A stretch of 64,000 nt of DNA from a virus. Numbering within the stretch: position 1 is the first letter of the stretch; every line of letters starts with the position of its first letter. A program made the position numbers and the translations under genes. The notes under the pieces are model-generated. The model was not told the origin of the DNA. It made no database searches and was given only the letters and a program-made list of their open reading frames with translations. Of the stretch, positions 39,489-50,859 are shown in pieces. The stretch spans positions 112,306-176,305 of IMG/VR virus record IMGVR_UViG_3300044606_000144. One strand, given 5' to 3'.

Positions 39489-40127
39489 TTAGTTCACTTT
39501 TTTATGTTTCATACCAGTTCGTCTTTTATTACTTTCTCTAACAGCTTGTCGTTGGCTTTCACTAATTATTCTACCTTTATTAGCTTCACTTATTTTTTTA
39601 CGCGTTTCTTCAGATAGAGGTTTCATAACCTGAAGTTTTCTTTTTTCTTTTATTTTTTGTCTAGCTTCCTCTGTATGTTTTTTACCATACATTGGATGCT
39701 TTTCTCCTAATAGTTTATCACTTATTTTTTTTCGGGTTTCTTCAGAAAATGCTCCAGGTTTTCTAGATGGATTGTTATCACCTAACATAGTTTCTGAAGC
39801 TTTATTTTTACAATATTCATATCTTCTTGATGAATATTTAACTTCGTCCCTAGTCATCATCCAACAGAATGCTTTGGCCATTTTATATGTTTTATTATTT
39901 TTTGTTCCATATCTATATTTGTATATATTATATATTAATAAATGAGCGATATAATGTTCTCTAGGTGTTAATAAAACAGTACTATTATTTTTTCCAAAAA
40001 TTGCTGCTGGAAATATATGGTGATTCTCGCATTTAACCTTTAAATCAATACGTCGATTCTGCCTAGACCTAATTAGACTTATATACCATTTTAAATATTT
40101 ATGATATCTTAATATCAAGAAAACCAT
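39489..40127 (-). CDS. HNH/NUMOD3 putative homing endonuclease
   Basis: ENHHIFP..LTPREHYIAH; repeated HTEEARQKI / SEETRKKIS. Confidence 0.85.
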   Translation of the reverse strand: MVFLILRYHKYLKWYISLIRSRQNRRIDLKVKCENHHIFPAAIFGKNNSTVLLTPREHYIAHLLIYNIYKYRYGTKNNKTYKMAKAFCWMMTRDEVKYSSRRYEYCKNKASETMLGDNNPSRKPGAFSEETRKKISDKLLGEKHPMYGKKHTEEARQKIKEKRKLQVMKPLSEETRKKISEANKGRIISESQRQAVRESNKRRTGMKHKKVN

Positions 40128-40191
40128 CTCCTTAATATTAAGTTTATTTTTTAATTAATGGTGAGGCAGCCCGAGAGCATGAAATCTCAAG

Positions 40192-41766
40192 TTATCTACT
40201 CCTTATCGTATTTAAATAATTTTTAATGTCACCATTCGGCATCTTGAATATATTAAGATCATAATCTAAACTCATTAATGTAAATATCGCTTCTTCAGTT
40301 CCAATAGTTCCGTGATCTAATGATTCGTTAATTAAATTATTGAATATTGGAACTACTGATTCGATAACAGCTCTATGACCACCAAACAATGTTGCTCTGC
40401 ATACATAATCAGGCTTATCTCCCGTAATAGTAGTCATAACTTTAATATCATATCCATGGATTTCAGAATCTGTATAATACGGGTATGAAGTTAAAAATAA
40501 ATTATCATATGGAACTTTATTGAAGTTAAAGTTGTCTATATGCTCATTTATTCCATAGCTGTTATACATACCTGAATCTATCCAGAAGAACCTGGAGCTA
40601 TTGAACTTATTTTCAGCTGATACTTCATCAAGCATTTTTACTTTAGCCAACGTGAGAGGAATGTAATAAGGATTACAGATTACACTATTTTTCATCCACT
40701 CAGATTGATTAATCCAAGATTCACTTGTTATAACTTTCTGAATTCTATCAAATGGCGTACAATTCTCAACATACTCTTTATTAAATGATTTAAGTTCTAA
40801 AGGTAAATTACCACGCATAAACCTAATATGATCATGATACTGTGGTTCAGCATAGACGACTAGAGGATTTCTACATTGTAATACATAATGCAAACCTGAA
40901 AGATAATGTGAGTTAAAGTCCCTATCTCCTCTTCCAATGTCTAGTATTGCTGTAACTAACGTTACTTCATATGGAGACTCCCAGTCTTTGTCTAAAAACA
41001 TGTAGTCTAATTTAGGCCAAATCCTATCTTTCAATAATTCTTTTGGATAGTAATCTTCTGGAGTTGTTCCATCATTTGGTCTCTTATCAGCCATTCTAGA
41101 GCATTCGTCACCTAGGTGAACAACATATTGACCATTTAGAAACACTGATTTAAAACCTAAGGCTAGAAATTTTCTATCAATATTCCACTCATTATGCCAT
41201 TTTTCAACTCTACCAAGAAGAATGAGATCATCGCGTCTCTTTAAATTTGGACTACCAATCCAACCATACCAACGTAAGTGATAGTCTGAAATTCTCCATG
41301 GTTTTTTGTAGTAAAATTTATTATCAATTAATTCTTTACTGTATGAGTCAAATCCTTGCCATTCGAATGTTCTCCATGAAATATCAACGGTTCCAATATT
41401 TCTATATTTCTCTAATATTTCTTTAGATTCAGCTAAATACCCAGACTTAAGAAACTCCCAATCATCTTCTAGATAAAAAATATATTCTGTATCACAATAT
41501 GATACCATAAAATCCATAGCCCACCACTGAGACCTGTTAGTTGGGAAGCAAATAACATCACAAAATGAACCGTATTTTTCAACTAATCGCTCAAAAATAC
41601 CGTCTACAGCGGAGTCATCGACTATGACCATTTTAGTTACATAGTCTTTAGTCTTTAAAAATGAAGCGATCGTCTTATCAAGTATATCAAGACGATCACA
41701 TGACAATATAAAAGCTGTAATGTCAGATTCAGGTTGGTCTACGGTATGTACTTTTACTCTACTCAT
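40192..41766 (-). CDS. two-domain glycosyltransferase (GT2-like + HtrL/WlaTC-like)
   Basis: VDDS, YLEDDW; VTAILDIGR, FFWIDSG, LFGG, GTEE. Confidence 0.75.
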   Translation of the reverse strand: MSRVKVHTVDQPESDITAFILSCDRLDILDKTIASFLKTKDYVTKMVIVDDSAVDGIFERLVEKYGSFCDVICFPTNRSQWWAMDFMVSYCDTEYIFYLEDDWEFLKSGYLAESKEILEKYRNIGTVDISWRTFEWQGFDSYSKELIDNKFYYKKPWRISDYHLRWYGWIGSPNLKRRDDLILLGRVEKWHNEWNIDRKFLALGFKSVFLNGQYVVHLGDECSRMADKRPNDGTTPEDYYPKELLKDRIWPKLDYMFLDKDWESPYEVTLVTAILDIGRGDRDFNSHYLSGLHYVLQCRNPLVVYAEPQYHDHIRFMRGNLPLELKSFNKEYVENCTPFDRIQKVITSESWINQSEWMKNSVICNPYYIPLTLAKVKMLDEVSAENKFNSSRFFWIDSGMYNSYGINEHIDNFNFNKVPYDNLFLTSYPYYTDSEIHGYDIKVMTTITGDKPDYVCRATLFGGHRAVIESVVPIFNNLINESLDHGTIGTEEAIFTLMSLDYDLNIFKMPNGDIKNYLNTIRSR

Positions 41767-43160
41767 GAATAAATCACCTATTTATCAATATCAATTAACT
41801 CACTTAAAATCTGTTCAACTCTGAAAATTATTTTAGCTTCATTGCTTTCACAGAAAGGATTATGGTTACCATATTCTCCTTCACAGAAAGGACACTTTTC
41901 TCTACATTTATATTTATAATTTCTTAAAAGCTCTTCATACGAAGAGATTAATTCATGAAATCGCGAGTATTCAATTATAACATTAGTTTTCATTTAAGTT
42001 ACCTCATATAATTAGAAATTAAATTTCCTAAATCTATTATTCATCATATCATCAATAATTATAACTTTAAGATCATCATCTTTTGAAACATTTTCTAGAA
42101 CGATTTTTTCTATATAAAGTCTATTATAATTAGTTCTATGTTTTATTGGAATAAGATCAGATCCTAACCCAAGTATACTATTACAATGGGTATTGTAATA
42201 TATCTCATCAGCTTGAGCCCAATCAGTGTAACTAATATCCGGAAATTTAATGCTAAAAAAATCATCTCTAAAACTTCCGGTGTTATTTCGAATATGATCA
42301 AAAACTTTTGATCGGATCAGCAATAATTTGATCTTCTTAATTGAATCCTCACATTTTAAAATATATGCCATATAAAAATCCAAAAGAGCTCCAAATAAAT
42401 CTTCAGCTTCACCAATGACAGAACCATCAGCGGATGATATTTTCCAACCATTAGACCAAGTTTCATAATTATGACCTGGATATGTATTGAATAATTCAAA
42501 TCCGCTGATTAATTCTATCTTAACGTCTGTAGGTCCAGATTTCATTGTTGCTGGATATAAAAATTTGAACATTTCATCAATATATAAGGACATGTTAATA
42601 TTTCCTCACCAGACACTAGTATTTTTATTTTCGACTTTGTTAACAGTTTCTTTGCAGCAATCACATCTAAACGTATGATTGAATTCTCCACTGGATGTAA
42701 GAGTTTTTACTATCAGTTTCATATTCTTATTGCACTTTGGACACTTCAATATTTATTCTCCTTCGTTAAAAATCATATCCTGACATTCTTGGCAAAGACC
42801 AGAAATTGTGTACTCCTTAAGTGATGTCTCATCCCTAAAACTTTCAGATGTGACTTCCTTTTTACATGATACACATACCCCATTTTGAATTGAAGAAGTC
42901 CTACCAAAAAGAATTTCAAATAGTTGTTCCAATGATTCAGCTTTATCTTCAGGTTTAAATTTAATCTCCATTATAATCTCTCCTTTACTTTTCCCACTTA
43001 AATACAACATTTCCAGACATATTATACTTGTTTAGATCAAGCCACTTATAAAATTTACTCCAGGAGTTGAAATTCTTAAGAGGCAGACCTGTTGAATGAG
43101 CAACAACAATAAATCCACTAAAATCCTTTACCGTTCCAATCATTCTCTTATTCATTATAA

Positions 43161-43796
43161 TCAAACTCCCTTTAATAGAATGTTTTTAACAACTTCCTTA
43201 TGCATCCAATGTTCATCTGCATCGTCAACATGTCCAGGGCGAACCCACTTAGCAACACTTTCATTAAAATCTTCCATAAAAAATCCAGCTGTTGGTCTAA
43301 CGACAAAACCTTCGGACTTATTAGTATCGAAATTTTTTGCTAAATTTTTTATCATGTCAATATCAAATTTGCCTCTGTATATTGTTGGAACTGGTGTTAT
43401 TCCGAGCAAATTAAACCAATATAGCGTTTGATCCCATGGTAAACAATAATCCATTTCCCACATAGAAAATCCATAAAAATAACTTCTTAAATCTGTGTAG
43501 TGTATAGAATGTTTTGCATATAGATTCTCTCCACAAATTCTATATCCGTCTGGAATTAAATGTGCTATCGATGCATGGAAATACTTAATCCAGGTTCTTG
43601 ATGCATGATAACCAGAATCAATACTACGAGTATGCATGAAATCGTTGTATAGACTAGTATTTTCTCCGTCCATCTTTTCAGTTATGACAATTTCTTTTAC
43701 AATGAAGTTATCATATGACATGAGAACTTTATCGTCGGAAGTCATTCCAGGACTAAAATCAAAATGGTATGTTCTTGGATACTTAAATTTTTCCAT
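43161..43796 (-). CDS. RNA ligase family protein (Rnl2-like adenylation domain)
   Basis: KYPRTYH, TEKMDGEN, GENL, EGFVVR, AKWV. Confidence 0.85.
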   Translation of the reverse strand: MEKFKYPRTYHFDFSPGMTSDDKVLMSYDNFIVKEIVITEKMDGENTSLYNDFMHTRSIDSGYHASRTWIKYFHASIAHLIPDGYRICGENLYAKHSIHYTDLRSYFYGFSMWEMDYCLPWDQTLYWFNLLGITPVPTIYRGKFDIDMIKNLAKNFDTNKSEGFVVRPTAGFFMEDFNESVAKWVRPGHVDDADEHWMHKEVVKNILLKGV

Positions 43797-43882
43797 GATA
43801 ACCTCACCTAATCATTATACTACAATAACCTTAAGATGTAAATAGTCGATCTAAAATTTAATTAAAGGTTGATCAAAAATTA

Positions 43883-44218
43883 TTGGGGGTGCATCGAACA
43901 TTGGATTATTACGATATAGTTAAACCTAGCTTTGAAATTAATTTTTGGTTTAAACATTTCAGAGGAATGGATGAAGACACTGCTAGAGGATATGAAGCTT
44001 TTTTAATGGCGCCAATTGTTGATTCAATGTTTTTCGCAGACACATGTGAATGGTATGAAGAAGATTATATCGATTGCACAGGATTAGTAGATCCAATACT
44101 TAAAGAAGTTGACACTGATATACGTATGGAAGGTCTTAAGGTGGATGGTATACTAATAGACAAAAAAGAACCAGAAGAACAAGATTACTATGAAGGGGAA
44201 GATGAAGAGGGAGATTAA
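43883..44218 (+). CDS. acidic hypothetical protein
   Basis: isolated plus-strand ORF with its own terminator hairpin 44205-44230. Confidence 0.55.
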   Translation: MGVHRTLDYYDIVKPSFEINFWFKHFRGMDEDTARGYEAFLMAPIVDSMFFADTCEWYEEDYIDCTGLVDPILKEVDTDIRMEGLKVDGILIDKKEPEEQDYYEGEDEEGD

Positions 44219-44264
44219 TCTCCCTCTTTTATTATACTAATATATAGTCTATATTAGTTTATAT

Positions 44265-45203
44265 TCAATTAATACAGTATGCTCTTAAAATAATATCATC
44301 TGAGTTTACATTTGGTGTATCAGGCAGATCCGATGTTAAGAGTAGTTTTTGAATTCTATCTAAACATTCTTCCATATGAGGTTGTAGATCGATATATTTA
44401 TATTTACGTAATTTAACATCCAGTAAAAACTGACGATCTTTAAGTGGAAACTTGAGATCTTTGGTTCTTATAAGTTCTTCAACTTCAAAACAAGCTCTAT
44501 AAAAATGCGATATGGCTTTAAAATCCACACCATCGTCATTTGCTGCCATTCTTGCTCGAGCACCATAATTCTCAAGGAACTTCTCAAGCGAGGGAAGATT
44601 ATGCTTTACTTTAGTGGAAAACAAAAACTTCTTCCCACATACGTCCAGATAGCTAAGGTGCTGCTCATCTTCAATATGGAGAATGGAGTTATCGTCCACT
44701 AAGGGTTTAAGATCCTCTGCATAGACCCCAAGAACCGCGTCTTGATCTACGCCCTTAAGAAATTTGACAAACTTGTCTGCACAGTTCAAACGACTGCCCT
44801 TTATACCATATTTTGCAGCTTGAGTACGGCAATACCCCACAAAAGCATGGAGATTCTTAGACAGAAACTGGTGCCGAATGGAATGAACATATTCCCACTC
44901 CGGACTAAATTCAACCCAATATTCTTTAGGTGCAAAAAGCATATCTATTGCAACGGTCTGTCCATCCATTGCATGCTTAATGAACTTCTGTAAAGAATAC
45001 ATTTCGGTTTCAACTACACCAGCACCAGATTTAGCAGACAAATCTTCTTTGTTGGAAGTGTTAACACTCGAATCGAGTTTAGCCTTTCCAACCAGAACAT
45101 CCTTAATATTAGGCAAAAATACTCCCTTATAGTCAACATCGCTATTAGGAGTATTAGTACCATATAATTGAGAACCAAAAATAGTTTTAAACAATACTTC
45201 CAT
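44265..45203 (-). CDS. Pol-beta-type nucleotidyltransferase (RlaP/T4 NrdC.11-like)
   Basis: GSQLYGTNTPNSDVDYKGVF, GYCRTQAAKY, KAISHFYR. Confidence 0.8.
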   Translation of the reverse strand: MEVLFKTIFGSQLYGTNTPNSDVDYKGVFLPNIKDVLVGKAKLDSSVNTSNKEDLSAKSGAGVVETEMYSLQKFIKHAMDGQTVAIDMLFAPKEYWVEFSPEWEYVHSIRHQFLSKNLHAFVGYCRTQAAKYGIKGSRLNCADKFVKFLKGVDQDAVLGVYAEDLKPLVDDNSILHIEDEQHLSYLDVCGKKFLFSTKVKHNLPSLEKFLENYGARARMAANDDGVDFKAISHFYRACFEVEELIRTKDLKFPLKDRQFLLDVKLRKYKYIDLQPHMEECLDRIQKLLLTSDLPDTPNVNSDDIILRAYCIN

Positions 45204-46572
45204 TAATTTACCTCCACTTGAAAGAGACATTGAATACATCATTATACTCGAAGCGAGGGAGAGTACGAAGAAAATCCCCCAAACTCTTAACGGAGCTAGC
45301 ATTCATGAAAAATGCGTAGCGAAGACTCCTGGCAGTTCGGCTAATAAAATCAAACTCAACAATCTTGACACCATTGACTATTTTAGTATCAGCAAGAACA
45401 ACCCAGTTATCAGTTACAAAAGCTACTCCAGTTCCATCAGACTTGATAGCAACCTTCTGAGCTTTAAAGGCCTCAGAAAGAAGATCCTCACGGAGGAAAT
45501 CCTCCTGCTTATTGAGCTCAACCGGCTGAATGAAGAACCTGGAAATCATATTCATAAAAATCATCTCCTGTAAGAATTTGGCCTGACAAGAGATATTATA
45601 TCACAACCCTCGGCTAATGTACACGGCTAGTTGTATTAAGTTTTGGTTATTCTTTCATCTCTTCAGCTCTGCGGTGCATTTCTTCAAAAAACTCATCCGA
45701 TGCAGGATAATTTTTTCGAAAGAAGATAGAGATTAACGGTAAAGTAATATTGAATTCAAAACCTGGTATACAAACATCTTTCATGAAACTTAAATTGATA
45801 ATATTCAGATAGAATGTATTAAGACCAATTATCAGGACTGGGTTGAAATTGATCGTCATAAATGAGCGATTGTCATCACTGATAATTTCAATTAAATTTC
45901 GAAATGGTAATTCAGTTTTTTCATTGAATTTAAATATCATTTTAATTTCTCCCCAGTAAATGTGAATACAAAACCAACTAAACCGATATTAATTTCAATC
46001 GATTGTTGAATTTCATCTACCTTTTGCATAAGATCTCGAAGATAATCAAATTCTGGTTTATCAGCCATCTTAATTGTCTTAGTTTTATCAATTCTTTTAT
46101 AGTTTATATAATCGGCATTTAATTGAATTAATGTCATGTCATACCAATTCCATCTGACGCTTTTATTCCAAAATGCCCTTAAACCTAACCATTGGTTGTC
46201 TATGGAAAAATTAAACTCAAATTTTCCAATTTTCATTAGAATAACCTCATCAATTCAATTTATATTTTAATTAATTTTATGTAATATCTCTAGATTCTAG
46301 TAGCGCGAGCTTTGGCAAGTTGTAGCATAGCATCTTCGTATCCACACAATACTGACAACTGGTCATCACTAGAGAAGAAATATCCTCCAGGTATTTTCTT
46401 GATTGGAAGTGGTGTCATGGCAACATGTTCGAACTTTAAGATTTCACTAAGCAGGTACGGTGTCAACCGTTTTTCTCCACTCCGGAGTACCTCTTGCCAA
46501 AACAATGAGCTGAACCTGGCGTAGCCATGGCGTTCCATGCGCTGGAGACGACATACGGACACCATACGTGAC

Positions 46573-46857
46573 CTAGCCATCACTCCTACCCCCTTCCACG
46601 GCGTCACTTAATGCTTGGCATGCCGCGATAAACGGGACAGAGTTCAGGACTGCAGTGTTAGCAAACACCCCGTCCCATTCCTCCGCCGCCCGGACGATCC
46701 GCGATAGGCGGTTGTGGCGTTCAATCGTTTTGCCTCCAACGCTCGGCCCCTCGTATTTGCAATAATTACAGATAGCCTGGGGTTCGCCGGTGAACCGTAA
46801 AACTGTTATGTCAACCTGTTTCCCGCAAATCGGGCACGGCTCAACTTTAATATTCAT
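46573..46857 (-). CDS. Lar-like zinc-ribbon protein
   Basis: PCPICG..CNYC..GP..IERHNR; visibly GC-richer than its surroundings. Confidence 0.5.
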   Translation of the reverse strand: MNIKVEPCPICGKQVDITVLRFTGEPQAICNYCKYEGPSVGGKTIERHNRLSRIVRAAEEWDGVFANTAVLNSVPFIAACQALSDAVEGGRSDG

Positions 46858-46885
46858 CTCTATTCTCCTTTCAAATTATAAATGA

Positions 46886-47989
46886 TTAAAAATTGTTAAC
46901 CATCTGAAATGATCCATCCCCATATAAGAAAGAAATTGAATCAAACTCATCAAACATAGGAATGGTATACTGCTTCATCATTCCTAAAATAACATCATTA
47001 TTAATAACCTTATCCTTACGGATATCCATCCTACGCTTAAGTTCACTCATTCCAACATAAAAAACCCAGGCGTGCTTTGCATAGTCATCGGAAAGCATAT
47101 TGATCTTACCTCTGCGAGACTTAGCAGATAGATTCGTCATGTCAATAATTAAATTCTTATTATTATTCACAGCTGAACGAAGATTAATGTCAAGCTGACG
47201 ATTGACCTTCTGCTGATCAACCTTAACCCAGGCATTATTATATGATTCACCATTGGCAAGGGACATGACAATATCATCTCGAGATATTACCGCATAGTCA
47301 TTTGAATTGGACATGCCCTGGATGTACGTGGACTTACCAGAATAAGGCAACCCAACCATTACAATAGCTACATTATTCCCATTCCTCTTATAATCATTTT
47401 CACCATACTCCTTAATTAATTCTGACATTAAGACACGATCAAGGACTTCATTTGAATATTCAATAAAATCGATTTCATCTACACGGTTCTTGCAAATACG
47501 ACCACGATTGTCGGCTGAAGCCAACATGATCAACTTGTTAACAAAGTCTGATCCATAGCCAGAAAGCTTGCTAGCAAGATCCTTTGCAGATAAGTTCGTC
47601 TTGTTGATGAAAAAGATATCATGGATATTGATCATGTTTAAGATCTTGGCAACATCAATCCATTCAAATCCAGAAAGATTCTTCTTAATATCTTCAACAA
47701 TATCAATAGCGTAGAAGGTTGATATTCCAGCATGCCCAAAGAAGCACACCTTGTCACCCTTAACTTCTCTCGCATAGACCTTTCCAATATCATGTAAAAG
47801 AGCAGCTACAAGAACATCGAGATCATTCTTGTCCTGGACGGCCTCAAGAACCATCTCCGTATGCACCCAAACACTGCCTTCACCATGATAAGGATTGAGG
47901 CGGCCAGCTTCACCATGGTCACACTCAATCATCTTATCAAAAAGATCGTTGTAATTATCAGCGAAATATGCAACAAGCTTTTCAATCAT
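46886..47989 (-). CDS. HD phosphohydrolase + P-loop polynucleotide kinase-like protein (end-healing)
   Basis: H.EGSVWVHT, LLHDIGK, GLPYSGKST, ISRD, IDMTN. Confidence 0.85.
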   Translation of the reverse strand: MIEKLVAYFADNYNDLFDKMIECDHGEAGRLNPYHGEGSVWVHTEMVLEAVQDKNDLDVLVAALLHDIGKVYAREVKGDKVCFFGHAGISTFYAIDIVEDIKKNLSGFEWIDVAKILNMINIHDIFFINKTNLSAKDLASKLSGYGSDFVNKLIMLASADNRGRICKNRVDEIDFIEYSNEVLDRVLMSELIKEYGENDYKRNGNNVAIVMVGLPYSGKSTYIQGMSNSNDYAVISRDDIVMSLANGESYNNAWVKVDQQKVNRQLDINLRSAVNNNKNLIIDMTNLSAKSRRGKINMLSDDYAKHAWVFYVGMSELKRRMDIRKDKVINNDVILGMMKQYTIPMFDEFDSISFLYGDGSFQMVNNF

Positions 47990-48392
47990 TCCAATTCTCC
48001 TTAATATTCATCATCGTAATTCTCTTCCCAGAGAGACCTAGGTGCAAGTTCATGTCCAGCCATATTGTAAAGGCGACCGCACTCACACTCATTGGTGAGA
48101 GGATCCTCTAGAGCAACTGTCCGACCGCACTCACACTCTCCAAGAGCTGGTTGCCGATAAGAAGACTTAAGTTCAATAACCCTGCTACGAAGACTCTTCC
48201 TGCGAAGACAATCCCTGTAATTCTTGAGAGCATAATTAGAAAGTTGGTCGATGAACACATTTCCAAATTTGTCACAATCGAAAGAAAATCCAGATCCGGG
48301 CTCCTCTTCAAAAAACAACTCGTATTTAATTGACTCGATTGTTTGCCTCGGACTGATAATCTTCATTTTTATCTCTCCTGACTGAATTTAAT

Positions 48393-48783
48393 TGGCTACA
48401 TGAGATATTATAACATAGATTTCGGTAAATGTACATATCAAAAGTGGCCGAGTTTATTCAGCCACTCCAATAAATAATAAAATTGACTTTTTATTCGTTA
48501 TTAATTAAGGATCAGCAGTGAAGTTTCCTTTCTAGATAACCATTCCGCCACAGACGCAACATCCTTCTATCTTTCCTGACCCTTTCAAAGAACTCTTCCG
48601 GCAACCAACCCCGCTTTCTCCACATCTTACGATAATAACGATTAACCACTACACAACCATTAAAGTTCGTATTCAACTTCAACACCTCTTCTGGATCATC
48701 TGTGGCTACATTGAATATTATAACATAAATTGTGGTAAATGTACATATCAAAATCAACTGAGTTTATTCAGCCACTCCAATAA
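48393..48783 (-). repeat. about 81-bp imperfect direct repeat (48393..48473, 48703..48783) containing an early promoter
   Basis: both copies carry TGTACA-17bp-TGTTATAAT and GAGTTTATTCAGCCACTCCAATAA. Confidence 0.85.
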
Positions 48784-49264
48784 TTTAATATAAGTTTAAT
48801 TAATTATACAGATTTTTCAATAAAAACTTCAAGGTAGTCGCGACCATACAGCCCTCCGAGGGATTTTTTATATGGGTGCATACATAGACCATCTACACCC
48901 CAAGCTTGCTTATATAAAGTCTTTGATGTGTTTTTGCAATGTTTTTTAAATAGAAATGGATACTCATCAGTATCTGTTAGAACCCAACTGCCTCGAATTA
49001 TACTACTATGACTAACATCAATAAAATGACACCAGAATTCTCCTTCATAATCAAATATTCTGTATTTATAATTCAAATCAGGATAATCCATTTTCCAGTA
49101 AACAAGAAATGGTTCAACCCATGGCCACGGAAAAGCATAGATACCATAGCGGCGGGGTGGCTTGTGGAATTGAGATGAGAACTCTTTTCCTCGGTCATAT
49201 TTGTGTTTTTTGTATTTAACTGGACTTAGTCCACCCCACCGGCAAAACTTCATGTTTTCACTTC

Positions 49265-50515
49265 CTATCGATCAAGTTTGAATTTAAGAAATACCGGGAA
49301 CCTCAATGAGAATTTTCCTGTTGAATCGGAAGAAATTTCCTGGAATTTAATCTCAGCTAAACGTCCAACGAGAGTATCCTTATTCAACCAAAATTCATTT
49401 CTCTGATCATCAGTGAACCCAGTTCCAACTTCTGTCTCAATGTATTTTCCATCAATGACACCATTACAAACTAAGGCTCCAAGCATTCCTTCATATTTAC
49501 CAGCTCCCTCAACCATTCCTACTACATCCAGATCAGCCTCATCGAAAAACTTGAATTTAAGTAGACTATCACTACGCTTGAATTCGTAGGAAGTTTTAGG
49601 GTGCCTTAACATTATGCCTTCATAACCATCATCTACATACATTTTAGCCATGTCCCGGATCTTCTGGGCATCATTCTGGATCTTTTGAGCTAGAATATAG
49701 TTTAGGTTAGGATACCTATGGTTTTCGGCCAGATTAATCAACTTAAGTTGCATATCTTCAGTGGCATTGAACTTATCTCCACCTACAGCAAATATATTAT
49801 ATTTAATTCGATTTTTATCTTCCTGAGTATAGTTGACATTTGAAACAACGGTACCTTGGATGTCACTGAATTCAGTCTTTTCAGCGAATAATTCACCATC
49901 AAGAAATTCAATAGTGTCATCGACATCAATAATCTTTTTAATATCTTCTAGAACATGTTCCAAACCAACGAATTCTTTGCCACCACGTGACCATAGGACA
50001 TTGGGTGTATTCTTTGTCCAAAATGCTCGGATACCATCGAGCTTCGGTGTAGCAAAGAAAAAGTCCACTTTGTAATTCTTTTTGCTATCATACTTATTGG
50101 CGAGCTGAACCTTAAACTCTTGAATAAAATTCTTTCCAAGAGCTTTATTGATTAAGCTAGCTCCGATATTGCAACGCAAATCTCGATCAAAAATCATTTT
50201 GATTATTGTCTGAGAATCTACATCAAACTTAGACATAACCTCTTCAGCTAAAGCCCTCGCTGTATTTCCAGTAACCATCCTACAATATAATACGTCAAAT
50301 AGGTTTTTGACTACATGCCAGCTTTCATTGATATCGCCGGGACCTAATACATTGACATCCACATCCCTTAGATAAAAATTTAAATGTGGGTCATAAGCTA
50401 GCTTTAGAATTTCAGCAAAAACAACATTATCTTTGTTTTGTTTAATGATTTCAACCTTTTTGTTGGTACTTGAAGTCTTTTGTAGTTCACTAATAATATC
50501 GATAACTCTCATCAA
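49265..50515 (-). CDS. lig: ATP-dependent DNA ligase
   Basis: PKLDGIR, LDGEL, EGIML, KRS..LLKFK, VGTGF, SLRFP. Confidence 0.95.
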   Translation of the reverse strand: MMRVIDIISELQKTSSTNKKVEIIKQNKDNVVFAEILKLAYDPHLNFYLRDVDVNVLGPGDINESWHVVKNLFDVLYCRMVTGNTARALAEEVMSKFDVDSQTIIKMIFDRDLRCNIGASLINKALGKNFIQEFKVQLANKYDSKKNYKVDFFFATPKLDGIRAFWTKNTPNVLWSRGGKEFVGLEHVLEDIKKIIDVDDTIEFLDGELFAEKTEFSDIQGTVVSNVNYTQEDKNRIKYNIFAVGGDKFNATEDMQLKLINLAENHRYPNLNYILAQKIQNDAQKIRDMAKMYVDDGYEGIMLRHPKTSYEFKRSDSLLKFKFFDEADLDVVGMVEGAGKYEGMLGALVCNGVIDGKYIETEVGTGFTDDQRNEFWLNKDTLVGRLAEIKFQEISSDSTGKFSLRFPVFLKFKLDR

Positions 50516-50859
50516 TTATCTCTCCAATCTTAATATCCTGCTGAAGTTTGATTCATCCAAGAAGCGTAGGTAAAAGAATTTCCTGTACCTGCTGTGTTTA
50601 CTGAATAGTAGTCATACGTACTCGTTGTTGATGTCGACATTGACCAGGTACTAACATTATATGTTGGATTTCTGCTATTCCAACGATCTTCAGTGATTAT
50701 ACCATTTTTAACAACTCGGCAATGCTCATGACCACAGTTAGGACAATTTAATACATGGTTGCCATTTAAACTAACATCAATATCAAATTGAACATATCTC
50801 CCACATTCATGGCAATATAACTCTTGCCTTTCAATCATGATTTAAGGTTAACCTCCAAT

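Noticed and set aside
39409..40190. Ribosomal bypass (T4 gene 60-like) between matching His codons across the HNH insert
   Set aside because: The gap of about 750 nt is far longer than known hops and no take-off hairpin is evident.
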